DNA of 63,205 bases from an uncultured Gammaproteobacteria bacterium (lineage in GTDB: Bacteria > Patescibacteriota > Patescibacteriia > Magasanikbacterales > UBA922): positions 60,897 to 124,101 of the forward strand of contig CAZTEU010000004.1 of assembly GCA_964612105.1 (NCBI GenBank), given 5' to 3'. Each line of letters begins with the position of its first letter. Within the stretch, counting starts at the first letter, position 1. The position numbers were made by a program, and so were the translations under genes. The notes beneath the pieces are model-generated. The model worked only from the letters and a program-made list of their open reading frames with translations. It was not told where the DNA came from and searched no databases. Of the stretch, positions 27,437 through 38,835 are shown in pieces.

Positions 27437-28471
27437 ATGCCAATTACAAAAACCACAGAAAAAGTAGATATTAACAAAAGACGTATAATAAACGGAGTAG
27501 ATGCAGATGTTATGCAACTATATCCCATGAAACATACGTTTGCTTGGGATGCATATAATGCTGGTAATGCTAACCACTGGTTGCCTACAGAAATAATAAT
27601 GCAGAATGATATAGAACAATGGCGAGCACAAGGTATGCTAAGTGAAGAAGAAAGACATGCGTTCAAGACAGTGCTTGGTTTCTTCACTACAGCAGATTCC
27701 ATTGCTGCAAATAACATAGTTATTGCTGCATACAAACACATAACATCACCAGAGTGTAGGATGTACTTGCTACGCCAAGCCTACGAAGAAGCAATTCACA
27801 CGCATGCGTATCAGTATATTGTAGAAAGCCTAGGACTAGACGAGGGTGAAATATTTAACATGTACAGAGAAGTAGATGCAATATATAACAAGGCATCATT
27901 TATTCTATCCTTTAATGAAGGAATCTTTAATCCAAACTTTAAGACAGGTACTTTCGAGAGTGATCAGAAGTTTTTGGAAAACATAATTGTATTCTCACTA
28001 ATAATGGAAGGCATATTCTTTTACAGCTCGTTTGCTGTGATGTTTGGTTTCCAGAGACAAAACAAAATGGTTGGTTCTGCAGAGCAGATACAATATATTA
28101 TGAGAGATGAGTCACAGCATCTCAACTTTGGTATAAACATGATAAACACAATAAAAGAAGAGCAACCAGAGCTTTGGACACCGGAGTTTCAGCAACATAT
28201 TATTAATTTGGTAAGAGAGGGTGCAATATTGGAATATACTTTTGCTAATACAGTGTTTCCAAGAGGTATATTTGGAATGAATGCAGAAGGCTTTAAACAG
28301 TATATAGAACACATCAGTGACAGGCGACTAGCACGCATTGGATTACCTGCACAGTTTAACGTAAATAACCCATTCCCTTGGATGAGTGAGGCTATAGACC
28401 TAAACAAAGAAAAGAATTTCTTTGAGACCAGAGTAACAGAATATTCCACTGGTGGAACATTGGATTGGTAA
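27437..28471 (+). CDS. nrdB: Class Ia ribonucleotide reductase beta subunit
   Basis: EEAIHTHAY with radical Tyr; EGIFFY; RDESQH; NFFETRV. Confidence 0.95.
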   Translation: MPITKTTEKVDINKRRIINGVDADVMQLYPMKHTFAWDAYNAGNANHWLPTEIIMQNDIEQWRAQGMLSEEERHAFKTVLGFFTTADSIAANNIVIAAYKHITSPECRMYLLRQAYEEAIHTHAYQYIVESLGLDEGEIFNMYREVDAIYNKASFILSFNEGIFNPNFKTGTFESDQKFLENIIVFSLIMEGIFFYSSFAVMFGFQRQNKMVGSAEQIQYIMRDESQHLNFGINMINTIKEEQPELWTPEFQQHIINLVREGAILEYTFANTVFPRGIFGMNAEGFKQYIEHISDRRLARIGLPAQFNVNNPFPWMSEAIDLNKEKNFFETRVTEYSTGGTLDW

Positions 28472-28517
28472 AATCATGATTATTTTATAAAAAACCCTCG
28501 TAGAGCCCGAGGGTTTT

Positions 28518-29222
28518 TTATTTTCCTTTATTCCTTTTCTGCTCATGGAACCAGTCTACTGCGGTTTGTAGGTCATCAGATGAAAAGGCAGGCCATTTTA
28601 TCTTCGGGAAGTATAGTTCTGCATATGTACTCTGCCATGGCAACCAACCAGACATTCTTTGGTGGTCAGAAGTGCGTATCATTAGGTCTACATCTGGCAT
28701 ATCTTTAGTGTCTAGGTATTCTTGGAAAGATTCCTCTGTTATTTCGTTTGGATTAATACCAGATTCTACTATCTTCTTTGTAGCACGCACTATTTCATCG
28801 CGTCCTCCATAGTTAATAGCAAGTGTAAGTACAGTACCTGTATGATTCTTTGTGTTTTCCTTCAGCTCTTGCATGGCTATCTGCACTTTCTCTGGTAGTT
28901 TTGTGAGGTCTCCAATTGTGTTAAACTTCACGTTGTATTTTATAAAATCATCCTTGTAGTTAATTATCTTGGATGCCAAAGAAAAGAGGTGTTCTAACTC
29001 TTTCTCCCCACGATTCTTTAGATTTTCTGTAGAGAGTGCCCACATTGTAAGGAAGGGGATTTTCATTTCTGATGCAGAGACAGCAATACGGCGAAGATTC
29101 TTTGCACCTTCTGTGTGCCCCAAAAGCTTAGGCATACCTTTAGCAGTGGCCCAAGTTCTGTTACCGTCCATTATGATAGCAATGTGTTGTAGTGTTTCCA
29201 TATTTAGAAATAATACCTGCAA
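28518..29222 (-). CDS. uppS: Undecaprenyl diphosphate synthase
   Basis: HIAIIMDGNR, STEN, DLMIRTS, RMSGWLPWQ. Confidence 0.95.
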   Translation of the reverse strand: MQVLFLNMETLQHIAIIMDGNRTWATAKGMPKLLGHTEGAKNLRRIAVSASEMKIPFLTMWALSTENLKNRGEKELEHLFSLASKIINYKDDFIKYNVKFNTIGDLTKLPEKVQIAMQELKENTKNHTGTVLTLAINYGGRDEIVRATKKIVESGINPNEITEESFQEYLDTKDMPDVDLMIRTSDHQRMSGWLPWQSTYAELYFPKIKWPAFSSDDLQTAVDWFHEQKRNKGK

Positions 29223-29293
29223 TGGTAAAAAAAATCAAGGGACAGACTTGATTTATCTTACATTTTCATGATAGTATGCATTTATTGCACAAA

Positions 29294-29375
29294 GGGCCAG
29301 TGGTGGAATTGGTATACACGAGGGACTTAAAATCCCTTGCCGCAAGGATTGTGAGTTCGAGTCTCACCTGGCCCA
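29294..29375 (+). tRNA. tRNA-Leu(TAA)
   Basis: Acceptor GGGCCAG/CTGGCCC, loop CTTAAAA, long variable arm. Confidence 0.95.
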
Positions 29376-29421
29376 CAAAAAAAGCACCATGAAGGTGCTT
29401 TTGTAATATAGGCAGATAATA

Positions 29422-30492
29422 CTAATTATGCGATAGTTCGTGGTTGTAGTAGTGGTTGTAGATAGACATTATAGCTAGGTATAGGGAAACTAGAATAGGA
29501 CCTATTACAAATCCAGACACCCCAAACAGAAATATACCTCCAAGAGTGGAAAATAGGACAAGTAGAGGATGCATTTCTACATCTTTACCAATAAGCGGTG
29601 GTCGTAATAGGTTGTCTATCATACTAATTATAAATGTACCAACAGTTAGGATAATAACACCTTCCCAGATATTTCCAAGAGCAAGCATAATTATTCCAGC
29701 TGGTAGCCACACAATTACAGATCCAATTGCGGGTATTACAGATAATATTGTCATAATAACTCCCCAGATTAGCGCTCCTTGCACACCAACCACCCAAAAC
29801 ATTATTCCAGCTAGGAAGCCCTGTATACCACCAATAATAAACGTACTTTTCATTGTCGCTCTTGTGACAGAATTAAATCTATCAAACATCATCTGCTCAT
29901 ATTTATCTCCAAGAGGCGATAAATACATTAGTCTTTTTAACATCCTTTCTCCATCCTTAAAGAAGTAATATAGTGTGTAGAAAAGAAGGAAGAGCATCAT
30001 CATAAACCTAGCAGAGTTTTTGGTAAGATCTGCTGACCATGCAAGAATAGCACCTGTAACTTTTTCAGAGACAGTGGCTATGTATTGAGGCCAGTTTTCT
30101 GTTGCCTCATCTACAAAAGGCATTAAAGGTGTGCTTTCCACCCACTTACCAACACTACTTATGTCTGCAGAAATATCTCTGTTACTAATTGTTTGGTACA
30201 TCTCAAATGACTGGTTTACAATTAATGTAGATAGTACAGTTAACGGAATAACTAGCACTAGCAAGACTACAGACAACATTACAAAAGAAGTTATTGCAGG
30301 GTGGTGTATTTTTTTTAATAACCACTTGTACATTGGTGCAAACATTACAGCTATTATTGCTGCCCAGAATATTGGGTAAAAGAATGGTTGGAATAGATAC
30401 AACATTGCTATTGTAAGAATTACAATCAGTGCGAAGAAGAAAATAATTCTCATTCGATCAAAACTTAGTGTTTGTTTTCTTGATTTAGGCAT
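29422..30492 (-). CDS. AI-2E family transporter
   Basis: Multi-TM; DNLLRPPLIG and LGGIFLFGVSGFVIGP. Confidence 0.9.
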   Translation of the reverse strand: MPKSRKQTLSFDRMRIIFFFALIVILTIAMLYLFQPFFYPIFWAAIIAVMFAPMYKWLLKKIHHPAITSFVMLSVVLLVLVIPLTVLSTLIVNQSFEMYQTISNRDISADISSVGKWVESTPLMPFVDEATENWPQYIATVSEKVTGAILAWSADLTKNSARFMMMLFLLFYTLYYFFKDGERMLKRLMYLSPLGDKYEQMMFDRFNSVTRATMKSTFIIGGIQGFLAGIMFWVVGVQGALIWGVIMTILSVIPAIGSVIVWLPAGIIMLALGNIWEGVIILTVGTFIISMIDNLLRPPLIGKDVEMHPLLVLFSTLGGIFLFGVSGFVIGPILVSLYLAIMSIYNHYYNHELSHN

Positions 30493-30570
30493 ATATAATG
30501 TTTATTGCTTACAGTATAGCAAAAACAAAGTATTAGACCAAATAAAAAATCCCGCGTTAGCGGGATTATA

Positions 30571-30900
30571 TTACGCTGCTGTTTTATATTCCGTCTGATC
30601 TGGTGTGTCAGGGGTGTTTTCAATCTTATCCCTGACCAAGTCAGCTTTTACTAAGTCCTCAGCTTCTTGTTCGCTCATAGAATCCACCGCTCTTAGTTTG
30701 TCTGTACCTTCTACTCCAGAAAGGTTGTGAGCGCGCTCAACATCTTCTGCTCTGTGAAGAGGAATGTCTTCATCTACTATTTTTTGTGCCGCTTCTACAT
30801 CAGGAGCGTCTTCTAGTTTTTGTAGGCGAGCAACATCAGCCTTTGGTGATTCTTGCTTTACTTCTTTTGGCCTAAAGCCAAACATTTCTCTTAAACCCAT
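30571..30900 (-). CDS. Hypothetical protein
   Basis: 109-aa acidic ORF followed by terminator hairpin. Confidence 0.7.
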   Translation of the reverse strand: MGLREMFGFRPKEVKQESPKADVARLQKLEDAPDVEAAQKIVDEDIPLHRAEDVERAHNLSGVEGTDKLRAVDSMSEQEAEDLVKADLVRDKIENTPDTPDQTEYKTAA

Positions 30901-30969
30901 ATGTGTTTGTTAAAAATCTAATTATGCCCTGAGTATAGCACAAAAACACTGTTTTGTCAATATCTGCAG

Positions 30970-31728
30970 CTAACTACCAGATACAGCAGAATCAGCTGGA
31001 TTATCCTCAACTTCTGTCTTAATAGTATCAGATCGTAGCCCTCTAACTTTTCCAATACCAACACCAGTATCTCCGGTAAACTCCCCGCTTCCAACATGAG
31101 GCACATCTTCTGTGTCTGCCCCACCCTCAAGAGAGGCTAAATCGTTTTGCACACCACTTATTTTATTATCCAATTCGGTGCGTTCATCTGGGTTTGCTAC
31201 CATCTCCCTCTGTTTTTTAAGTATAGATATACGAAGCTTTCTTAATTCTACCTCTGCGGGGACTACAGTCTCCTTGTTCACTACCCCAAGGGCTTCCTCA
31301 AAAGAAGGGATATATGATAGAAACTCTTTTACTTGATCATGTAATAATTGTTTTTGTTCTTCTAGTTTTTCTGGACTCTCTCCCTTGTTTTTCTTCAGCA
31401 TCTTTTTTGTTTTTGCTACATCTTTCATTGTCTGCGAGATTGTTGGAGTATACGAAGGGAACACTTCTGCGATTTTCTGCTCTGCATGATTGGTCATTAA
31501 GGGGAGATTGTTTAGTTTGTTTTCGGAAGTACTATCCTTGTCATGCAACACACCTTCTAAAAGAGGCACATCATGAGTAATAATGTGCTTCATTTGTACG
31601 TACTCTGTTTTCATCATGAGAAACTCTCTTTCTTTGTCCTTAAACTTTTTTTCCAAGTCGGCAATTTGTTTTTCTGCATCTTGTTTTGCAAACTCTTGTT
31701 GAGGAGAATAGGCGTTAAAAGGTGTCAT
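30970..31728 (-). CDS. Coiled-coil hypothetical protein
   Basis: 252 aa, E/K-rich. Confidence 0.7.
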   Translation of the reverse strand: MTPFNAYSPQQEFAKQDAEKQIADLEKKFKDKEREFLMMKTEYVQMKHIITHDVPLLEGVLHDKDSTSENKLNNLPLMTNHAEQKIAEVFPSYTPTISQTMKDVAKTKKMLKKNKGESPEKLEEQKQLLHDQVKEFLSYIPSFEEALGVVNKETVVPAEVELRKLRISILKKQREMVANPDERTELDNKISGVQNDLASLEGGADTEDVPHVGSGEFTGDTGVGIGKVRGLRSDTIKTEVEDNPADSAVSGS

Positions 31729-31732
31729 ATGT

Positions 31733-32458
31733 TTATATTATATTTTCTTTCTTAACATATCTCCATTTTCCAACTGGCATTGTGCCTATTTTTAGCTTAG
31801 AGATGCGTGTACGTTTTAATGATACCAAATCATAACCTAACCTACCAAACATTTTCCTGATCTGTCTGTTCTTTCCTTCTGTAAGAATAACTGTAAGCAC
31901 AGTTCGTCTCCCAACTATATTTTGTTTTTTTATTTTTATTCCTTTAACTGTTTCGTTCCCAAGTTTCATGCCCCTGGACAGCACCTTTTTTGCATCGTTG
32001 GATAGTGGCTGATTTATTATTAATTCATATTCTTTTTCATGCTCATAGCGAGGATGAGTAAGTTTGTTAGCCATTTCCCCATCGTTTGTAAGCAACATAA
32101 GACCGCTAGAGTCCTTATCCAGCCTACCTACAGGATATACACGGGCCTTTAGTGGAGTTTTATACCTCCCTATTTGATTTTTCTGAGTCAACAGCTCCAT
32201 TACAGATACGCCCTGTGAGCTTGTTGTACTACTGACATAGTCTATAGGTTTGTTTAGTGCAATATATACCAAGTCACTGGATTTTGTAGGGGCATATCCT
32301 ACAATTTTTACTTTGTCTTTTTCTGGATCTACTTTTGTCCCAGCTTCTGTAATTCTTTTGCCATTAACTAATACTTTTCCTTCTGATATTAACACCTCAG
32401 CTTTTCTGCGAGAAGCGTATCCCAAATCTGCAATATGTTTTTGTAAACGTATTAGCAT
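31733..32458 (-). CDS. rRNA pseudouridine synthase (RsuA/RluB family)
   Basis: S4 domain, VGRLDKDSSG, EGKNRQIRKM. Confidence 0.93.
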   Translation of the reverse strand: MLIRLQKHIADLGYASRRKAEVLISEGKVLVNGKRITEAGTKVDPEKDKVKIVGYAPTKSSDLVYIALNKPIDYVSSTTSSQGVSVMELLTQKNQIGRYKTPLKARVYPVGRLDKDSSGLMLLTNDGEMANKLTHPRYEHEKEYELIINQPLSNDAKKVLSRGMKLGNETVKGIKIKKQNIVGRRTVLTVILTEGKNRQIRKMFGRLGYDLVSLKRTRISKLKIGTMPVGKWRYVKKENII

Positions 32459-32459
32459 A

Positions 32460-33680
32460 CTATTCTTTTGTTATCTCCACTATGTCTATGGTTTTGTTTT
32501 TCACGCTTGCTATTCTAACCGTAACATTATCAAAAACGATTTCCATATTTTTACTTGGGGTCTTTTTTACATGATCCATAATTATTTCTGAAATTGTAGA
32601 CAGCTCATCTCCAGGGAGATTTATGTTGAAGAAATTGTTTATATCTCGCAGATCCTCGTCTCCAGAAACTAAAATTGTGTTCTTATCCAACCGTTTAATT
32701 ATGTTGTCCTCAATATCATGCTCATCTGCTATCTCTCCCACTAATTCTTCCAAGACATCTTCCAAAGTTACAATTCCTTCTGTTCCGCCGTACTCATCTT
32801 GTACAACAGCTATGTGTGTTTTTGCTCTCTGAAACTCTTCCAATACGTCATCTAGGCGCATCTGACGCGGAATACGTAATATCTGGTGCATTATATCTTT
32901 TATAGACTTATTCTCCACGTCATGGGCATATGATACAAGAAGATCTCTTGTGTGAGCAAAGCCAATGATATTGTCTGGAGTAGACTTCACTACAGGAAAT
33001 CTAGTATGAGGGGACTCTTCTACAATTTTTGTTGCCTGCTTTATAGATAGGGTGTCTTCCAAATATGCACACTTTACACGTGGAGTCATTATATCTTCTG
33101 CTGTAATATCATTAAACCTAAACAACCTCTCAATCATTACTTGCTCATCTTCGTCTATTGCGCCCTGCTGTAATGCAGTTGTTGCTAGTGCACGCAATTC
33201 CTCTTCACTAACCCTTTCTTCTGCGTGCTCTCCAGCAAAGATATTGGTCATCCATTCAAAAATAAGAATAACAGGAAGAAGAATTATTTCTAGGAACCAT
33301 AAATATGGTGCTGCAAAGATTGCAAACTTTTTATTGTGGTTAGATGCATATGATTTTGGTATGATTTCCCCAAAGATTAGAATGAGAAGTGTCATTGTTC
33401 CTGTGGCTATACCAATTGCATTTGAGTGAGAATATTTTATTGCAATAACAGTGGCTAGAGAAGCAGCCCCAATGTTTACTAAATTATTTCCTATTAGAAT
33501 AGTAACTAGAACTCTGCGTGGATTTTTTTTGAGTAACTTAATTAGCTTTGCTCTCGGAAGCTTTCTCTTTACCATTGATTCAACTTTTGAATTTGTAAGA
33601 GAAACGAACGCAACCTCTGCCGCAGAAAAAAATGCCGATAGGCCAAGGGATACAATAAGTGCAATAATCTGTCTTGTCAT
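32460..33680 (-). CDS. CNNM/HlyC-CorC family protein (DUF21, CBS, CorC)
   Basis: FFSAAEVA, GEIIPK, DEYGGTEGIVTLED. Confidence 0.92.
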   Translation of the reverse strand: MTRQIIALIVSLGLSAFFSAAEVAFVSLTNSKVESMVKRKLPRAKLIKLLKKNPRRVLVTILIGNNLVNIGAASLATVIAIKYSHSNAIGIATGTMTLLILIFGEIIPKSYASNHNKKFAIFAAPYLWFLEIILLPVILIFEWMTNIFAGEHAEERVSEEELRALATTALQQGAIDEDEQVMIERLFRFNDITAEDIMTPRVKCAYLEDTLSIKQATKIVEESPHTRFPVVKSTPDNIIGFAHTRDLLVSYAHDVENKSIKDIMHQILRIPRQMRLDDVLEEFQRAKTHIAVVQDEYGGTEGIVTLEDVLEELVGEIADEHDIEDNIIKRLDKNTILVSGDEDLRDINNFFNINLPGDELSTISEIIMDHVKKTPSKNMEIVFDNVTVRIASVKNKTIDIVEITKE

Positions 33681-33683
33681 AAA

Positions 33684-34232
33684 TTACCAACTGAACTGTT
33701 TGTTGCGTTTCATATAGTCAAAACGAATAATGTTATATGAGATGAATTCATTTTCTATTTCTCCGGAAAGAGCCATTTTTACTGCCCGTTTAAGAGGTAC
33801 GAATTGAGGTTTTGTAAACTCTCCAAGCTCTTGTGGAAGCGGATCATGCACAAGCTCTTTTGCAACATAAATATAAATGTCCCAAAGAAGAGTATTGCTT
33901 GGTGATTTTTTATGAAGAAGTTTTATACGCTTGGCCCTAAAGCCTGTTTCTTCACGAAGTTCGCGCTGAGCTGCCTTACGCGGGGTGTCTCCATATTTAT
34001 CCATACGACCGCCAGGCAAGAACCATACATTTTTACCAGATCCGTAGCGAAACTCACGAATCATCAAAAGCTCATTTTTTTTATTAAAGGCAAGAGTGCT
34101 TACACTAGGTGGGCGCTCACAATATTCGAATACTGTTTTTTTACCGTCAGGTAACGTAACATTTCTTTCTTTTACAGCAAAAATCCTCCCCTTGTATCTA
34201 TTTCTAATTTTCCCGAGCTTTATGCCCTTCAT
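33684..34232 (-). CDS. NUDIX hydrolase
   Basis: PGG...AAQRELREETG Nudix box. Confidence 0.9.
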   Translation of the reverse strand: MKGIKLGKIRNRYKGRIFAVKERNVTLPDGKKTVFEYCERPPSVSTLAFNKKNELLMIREFRYGSGKNVWFLPGGRMDKYGDTPRKAAQRELREETGFRAKRIKLLHKKSPSNTLLWDIYIYVAKELVHDPLPQELGEFTKPQFVPLKRAVKMALSGEIENEFISYNIIRFDYMKRNKQFSW

Positions 34233-34367
34233 ATAGTGTAGATTAACCTATTTTGCAGTATTTTGCAATCGGTATTGACTTCTGTGAATATTAGATGGTA
34301 GTTTACTATATGGTTGAGCTTTTATTACAAGGAACCTCCTTGGGGAGGGACAAACAAGGAGTAATCA

Positions 34368-34892
34368 ATGGCGACTTTCCAAAGAATCATTGAAGTAGTG
34401 GTAGAAGCAGAAGATGAAGCGTTCGTCGCCAGACTCTTCAAAAGGCTGGACACAACGCTGTCCGAGTTTTCCGACAGTTTGGATGGCAAGCCAGTTAGCT
34501 TTGCCATCGTGAGGAATGACAAGGGTGCCAGCCTGGTTGGTCCAGACAAATGGCCTCTTAAGGCCGGTGATGTTGTCCAAACTGGTCGTGGTGGCCACAC
34601 TGCTGTGGTCGGTGAGCCCATGGAGCCTCAAGACTTCAAAAGTGGGACATCCTCAAGTGATCCGCACACATGGGTTGTGTGCTATGTCGCTGATCCAACT
34701 GCATCCTGGAGTCTCCCATCCGAGGATGCACTGTTCGATTGGCTGGAGGAGAATCAAGGTGGCGGTTCGATTAGTGTTTCAGCGAACAGGGGGGAGAACT
34801 GGGTGGATGTCACTGACCTCAAAAACGCCATGGAAGTAGAGAACTGCAGTGCGCTTGATGCATTTGGTCTGATCACCGGAGCAGGTGTCTAG
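34368..34892 (+). CDS. GC-rich orphan
   Basis: TTGACT promoter, AAGGAG SD, 3' hairpin and terminator. Confidence 0.65.
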   Translation: MATFQRIIEVVVEAEDEAFVARLFKRLDTTLSEFSDSLDGKPVSFAIVRNDKGASLVGPDKWPLKAGDVVQTGRGGHTAVVGEPMEPQDFKSGTSSSDPHTWVVCYVADPTASWSLPSEDALFDWLEENQGGGSISVSANRGENWVDVTDLKNAMEVENCSALDAFGLITGAGV

Positions 34893-34996
34893 ACACACAC
34901 AGCACTCCTCTCGGTCTCCTGTCATTGTGACGAGGCCGAGGGGGGAATCTAAAAAACCGACACAAGTCGATTTTTTATTTGTTTTATTTTCAAATA

Positions 34997-35298
34997 TTAG
35001 CACCTATAATGCTCTGGCTTATACGGCCCATCTTTTGCAACCCCAATATATTCCGCCTGCTCATCTGTCATTTCTGTAATACTTACTCCAAGTTTGTCTA
35101 GGTGCAATCTTGCAACCTCCTCGTCTAATTGTTTTGGAAGAGTGTATACCCCTACTTCATAATTATTTTTCACCAAATCAATCTGTGCAAGCACCTGATT
35201 ACTAAAACTATTGCTCATTACAAAACTTGGATGACCTGTAGCGCAACCAAGATTCATTAGGCGACCTTCTTCTACATAAATATTGAATGACCATCGTC
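34997..35298 (-). pseudogene. ahcY: Duplicated 3' fragment of ahcY
   Basis: Near-identical to 35888-36190 with a 1-nt indel near its 5' end; ends HYRC instead of HYRY. Confidence 0.9.
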
Positions 35299-35463
35299 TA
35301 TATTGAGCCCCGATTTTGCCTAATTTTACGTCTTTCATGCTTGTAGATTGGTCTATTTTAGGAGATTTGGCAATTAAAAAAGAGCCTTGTAAGGGGCTGT
35401 TAGAAAGGGGAACTCCTTGGAACCGACTCGCCCGTGGTGGACGAGCCGGTTCGTTGCTGATGT

Positions 35464-35796
35464 TTATGTATCAATTCCGACGGCGAGAGGGACCGGTCCA
35501 CCTGTTCTGGTGTGGTCGCCCCTTTTCCACAGTGTGAACCGCGACACTGGGTTGTGACCCTCATCTGGGTCGCAAGCTCCGCCAATTGAATCGCGTATCT
35601 CCACCGTCAGAGGATCATCCTCAGGTCCTGCATCTGCCAGAAGGACTCTGCACACCGCAACCCCTTTTCGTTTTGTGGGGGCCGTGATGACCTCCACCAT
35701 GGCTCCAGCAGGCAGGCTTCCGCCCTCTTTGGTCCAAACAGGAGTCAACACGTCGAGCTGATCTCCACTCCTCAATTCTTTAGCGAATAAGAACAT
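35464..35796 (-). CDS. GC-rich orphan
   Basis: AGGAGGTG SD, upstream TTGACA, 3' hairpin. Confidence 0.65.
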   Translation of the reverse strand: MFLFAKELRSGDQLDVLTPVWTKEGGSLPAGAMVEVITAPTKRKGVAVCRVLLADAGPEDDPLTVEIRDSIGGACDPDEGHNPVSRFTLWKRGDHTRTGGPVPLAVGIDT

Positions 35797-35887
35797 CGTG
35801 CACCTCCTTATGTTGAGCCTATCTCTTTTTTTAATATGTGTCAATAAAAAAATCAGCAGAAGCCGATTTTAGGTTTAAAATTTTGAG

Positions 35888-37300
35888 TTAGTACCTATAG
35901 TGTTCTGGCTTATACGGCCCATCTTTTGCAACCCCAATATATTCCGCCTGCTCATCTGTCATTTCTGTAATACTTACTCCAAGTTTGTCTAGGTGCAATC
36001 TTGCAACCTCCTCGTCTAATTGTTTTGGAAGAGTGTATACCCCTACTTCATAATTATTTTTCACCAAATCAATCTGTGCAAGCACCTGATTACTAAAACT
36101 ATTGCTCATTACAAAACTTGGATGACCTGTAGCGCAACCAAGATTCATTAGGCGACCTTCTGCTAACATAAATATTGAATGACCATCATCAAAAGTATAT
36201 TTGTCTACCTGTGGTTTTATATTTTCTTTTTTTACACTAGGGTCATTATTGAGAGGCTCTACTTCTATTTCGTTATCAAAATGACCAACATTACATACAA
36301 TTGCCTGGTCTTTCATCTTCTTCATGTGCTCAACACGAATTACATCCTTATTACCTGTAGTAGTCACATATATATCTCCACGACCAAGTGTATTTTCTAC
36401 TGTTGTAACTTCGTATCCTTCCATAGACGCCTGTAGTGCGCAGATTGGGTCTATCTCTGTGACTATCACCCTACAACCTTGTCCTCTGAGAGACTGGGCA
36501 GAACCTTTACCAACATCACCATAACCACATACGACGGCAACTTTACCTCCGAGCATTACGTCCATTGCGCGGTTTAGTCCATCTACTAGGGAGTGACGAA
36601 TTCCAAATACGTTATCGAACTTACTTTTTGTAACAGAATCATTAACGTTTATTGCAGGGAATAGCAACTCTCCTTTTTTCTGCATTTGGTAAAGCCTCAT
36701 TACACCAGTTGTTGTTTCCTCAGACACTCCAATTATATCTTTTGCAACACTAGTCCAGCGATTTGGGTTCTTGGAGTATAGCTCTTTCATTAGTTTTATG
36801 AGCTCTTGGAATTCTAAAGGTTCGTTTGAATAATCTTTTTCTAATTTCTCTGGATTTTTTTCTATATCCACCCCCAAGTGAACCATCAATGTAGCATCGC
36901 TTCCATCATCTACAATTAAATCTGGACCTTTTCCATCACCAAAATCTAATGCGCGTTCTGTGCACCACCAATATTCAGCGAGAGTTTCTCCTTTCCATGC
37001 AAAAACAGGCACACCACTCTTTGCAATTGCTGCGGCCGCATGATCTTGTGTAGAAAATATATTACAACTTGCCCAGCGCACATTCGCTCCGAGAGCAACC
37101 AACGTTTCTATAAGCACAGCTGTTTGGATTGTCATGTGTAGCGAGCCCATTACACTCTTTCCGGCAAGAGGCTTTTCTGATGCGTACTTTTCACGGATAG
37201 ACATAAGTCCAGGCATCTCTTTTTCTGCAATCTTAATCTCCTTGCGTCCAAAATCTGCAAGTGATATATCTTTTATCTTATAATTTTGTGTTTCATCCAT
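35888..37300 (-). CDS. ahcY: Adenosylhomocysteinase
   Basis: [44 protein letters not shown]. Confidence 0.97.
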   Translation of the reverse strand: MDETQNYKIKDISLADFGRKEIKIAEKEMPGLMSIREKYASEKPLAGKSVMGSLHMTIQTAVLIETLVALGANVRWASCNIFSTQDHAAAAIAKSGVPVFAWKGETLAEYWWCTERALDFGDGKGPDLIVDDGSDATLMVHLGVDIEKNPEKLEKDYSNEPLEFQELIKLMKELYSKNPNRWTSVAKDIIGVSEETTTGVMRLYQMQKKGELLFPAINVNDSVTKSKFDNVFGIRHSLVDGLNRAMDVMLGGKVAVVCGYGDVGKGSAQSLRGQGCRVIVTEIDPICALQASMEGYEVTTVENTLGRGDIYVTTTGNKDVIRVEHMKKMKDQAIVCNVGHFDNEIEVEPLNNDPSVKKENIKPQVDKYTFDDGHSIFMLAEGRLMNLGCATGHPSFVMSNSFSNQVLAQIDLVKNNYEVGVYTLPKQLDEEVARLHLDKLGVSITEMTDEQAEYIGVAKDGPYKPEHYRY

Positions 37301-37314
37301 AAAATTAACTTATA

Positions 37315-38277
37315 CTATCCTCGGAAGAGAACAAATGCTGTATAGCCTATATATAGTAGTATAAAGAAAGCACCTTGCCAACGCTGTAATACATGCCTTC
37401 CTCTTTTTCCTCCAACAAACATAAATAGGAATAAGAGGGTGGCAGCAAGTCCTGCAACAGCAATGTCTGTATTAATCTCCATGCTCACGTGCATAGGGGC
37501 GACAATAGGGGTGAGACCTAATACCCACAGCACATTAAATATATTGGAGCCTACTACATTTCCTATGGCTATGTCAACATGCCCCCTGTACGCTGCAATT
37601 GCAGAAGTTACAAGTTCTGGTAGGGATGTTCCTACGGCTGTAATGGTTAGTCCAATAAGAAGTTCAGACAGACCTGCTAATTTTGCAAGAATAACTGCAT
37701 TGTCCACCATTAACTTTCCACCAAGAGTAAGACTAATTATTCCACCAAGGATAAAAATAGCAGAGGTAGATAGTTTGTATGTTTCCACGTCCTCTTTTTC
37801 TCCTTCCACCTTTGTAAGACCGTATGTGTAGTAGATGAAAATAAGAAAATAACTAACAAGGACTAGACCATCACCTCTTGTGAGAACATTCTGCCCATTA
37901 TTTCCAAACATTACATCGTTTGTAAGTAAGAATAGTACAAAGACAACCAGCACACTAAAAGGTATTTCCTTCCAAGTTGTTCCACGCTTAACAGCTAGAG
38001 GTCTTATTAAAGCGGCTATACCAAGAACAAGTAATACATTAGAAATATTACTTCCAAGTATATTACCAAAAGCTATGTCACTTGCCCCGCTTACAGCAGA
38101 AAATAAGTTAATTACAAGCTCTGGGGCAGAAGTACCAAAAGCTACTACTGTAAGCCCAATTACAATGGGTGAAACACCAAAACGCTTTGCTATGGAAGAG
38201 GAACCTTTTACAAAAATATCTCCCCCGATAAGTAAGATTATTAGTCCGAGCAGAAGAAGTCCAATTGCTATATACAT
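37315..38277 (-). CDS. Ca2+/Na+ antiporter (YrbG family)
   Basis: Two GTSxPEL and GSNI alpha-repeats. Confidence 0.92.
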   Translation of the reverse strand: MYIAIGLLLLGLIILLIGGDIFVKGSSSIAKRFGVSPIVIGLTVVAFGTSAPELVINLFSAVSGASDIAFGNILGSNISNVLLVLGIAALIRPLAVKRGTTWKEIPFSVLVVFVLFLLTNDVMFGNNGQNVLTRGDGLVLVSYFLIFIYYTYGLTKVEGEKEDVETYKLSTSAIFILGGIISLTLGGKLMVDNAVILAKLAGLSELLIGLTITAVGTSLPELVTSAIAAYRGHVDIAIGNVVGSNIFNVLWVLGLTPIVAPMHVSMEINTDIAVAGLAATLLFLFMFVGGKRGRHVLQRWQGAFFILLYIGYTAFVLFRG

Positions 38278-38415
38278 AATATTTTTTTAAAACTGTCGCT
38301 ATTATAGCTATATTTAATAAGGTTTTCAAGAAGGTTACAAGGCTTTGTTATAAGTAGTTGACATATATAGTACATAATGTTATTATGATTTGTCACCAAC
38401 AAAAGGAGGTGTGAC

Positions 38416-38715
38416 ATGAACGAAGCACGTAGACAAACTCCGGCCTACAAGATCCTGCTGGAACTCCTGGAGCTCTCGGTTGGTCCCATGCCGGACACCA
38501 GCTCAGACCTGGATGTGAACTTTGGGCGCATCGGGCTGAACATGATGTGTGCCAGAATTGCTCACGGTATCGCCAACATGGAGATTCCAGAGGGGTACAC
38601 GGACAAGGTTCTGAACAGGTTGGAGGATATCCACCAACTTGCCCTTGAGGAGGGCAACACGAGTTGTGCCACCTCGGTACAGCTCGCCAGAACCACAATC
38701 TACACCCGAGAGTAG
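38416..38715 (+). CDS. GC-rich orphan
   Basis: TTGACA promoter, AGGAGGTG SD, terminator. Confidence 0.65.
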   Translation: MNEARRQTPAYKILLELLELSVGPMPDTSSDLDVNFGRIGLNMMCARIAHGIANMEIPEGYTDKVLNRLEDIHQLALEEGNTSCATSVQLARTTIYTRE

Positions 38716-38835
38716 CCAACAACTAGTGCTGTTCAAAAACCCCGCATGGTTTACCAATGTGGGGTTTCTTCTTTTTTGGTCGTTCTCCTTGACAAAAATA
38801 GAATTTTCCGCTATACTTCGCCAATTGTAAACATT

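Noticed and set aside
27437-28471. Class Ic (Mn/Fe, Tyr-less) RNR beta subunit
   Set aside because: The radical Tyr (HTHAY) and first-ligand Asp are present
34997-35338. 113-aa ORF as a functional gene
   Set aside because: It is the ahcY 3' duplicate fused by a frameshift to unrelated upstream sequence
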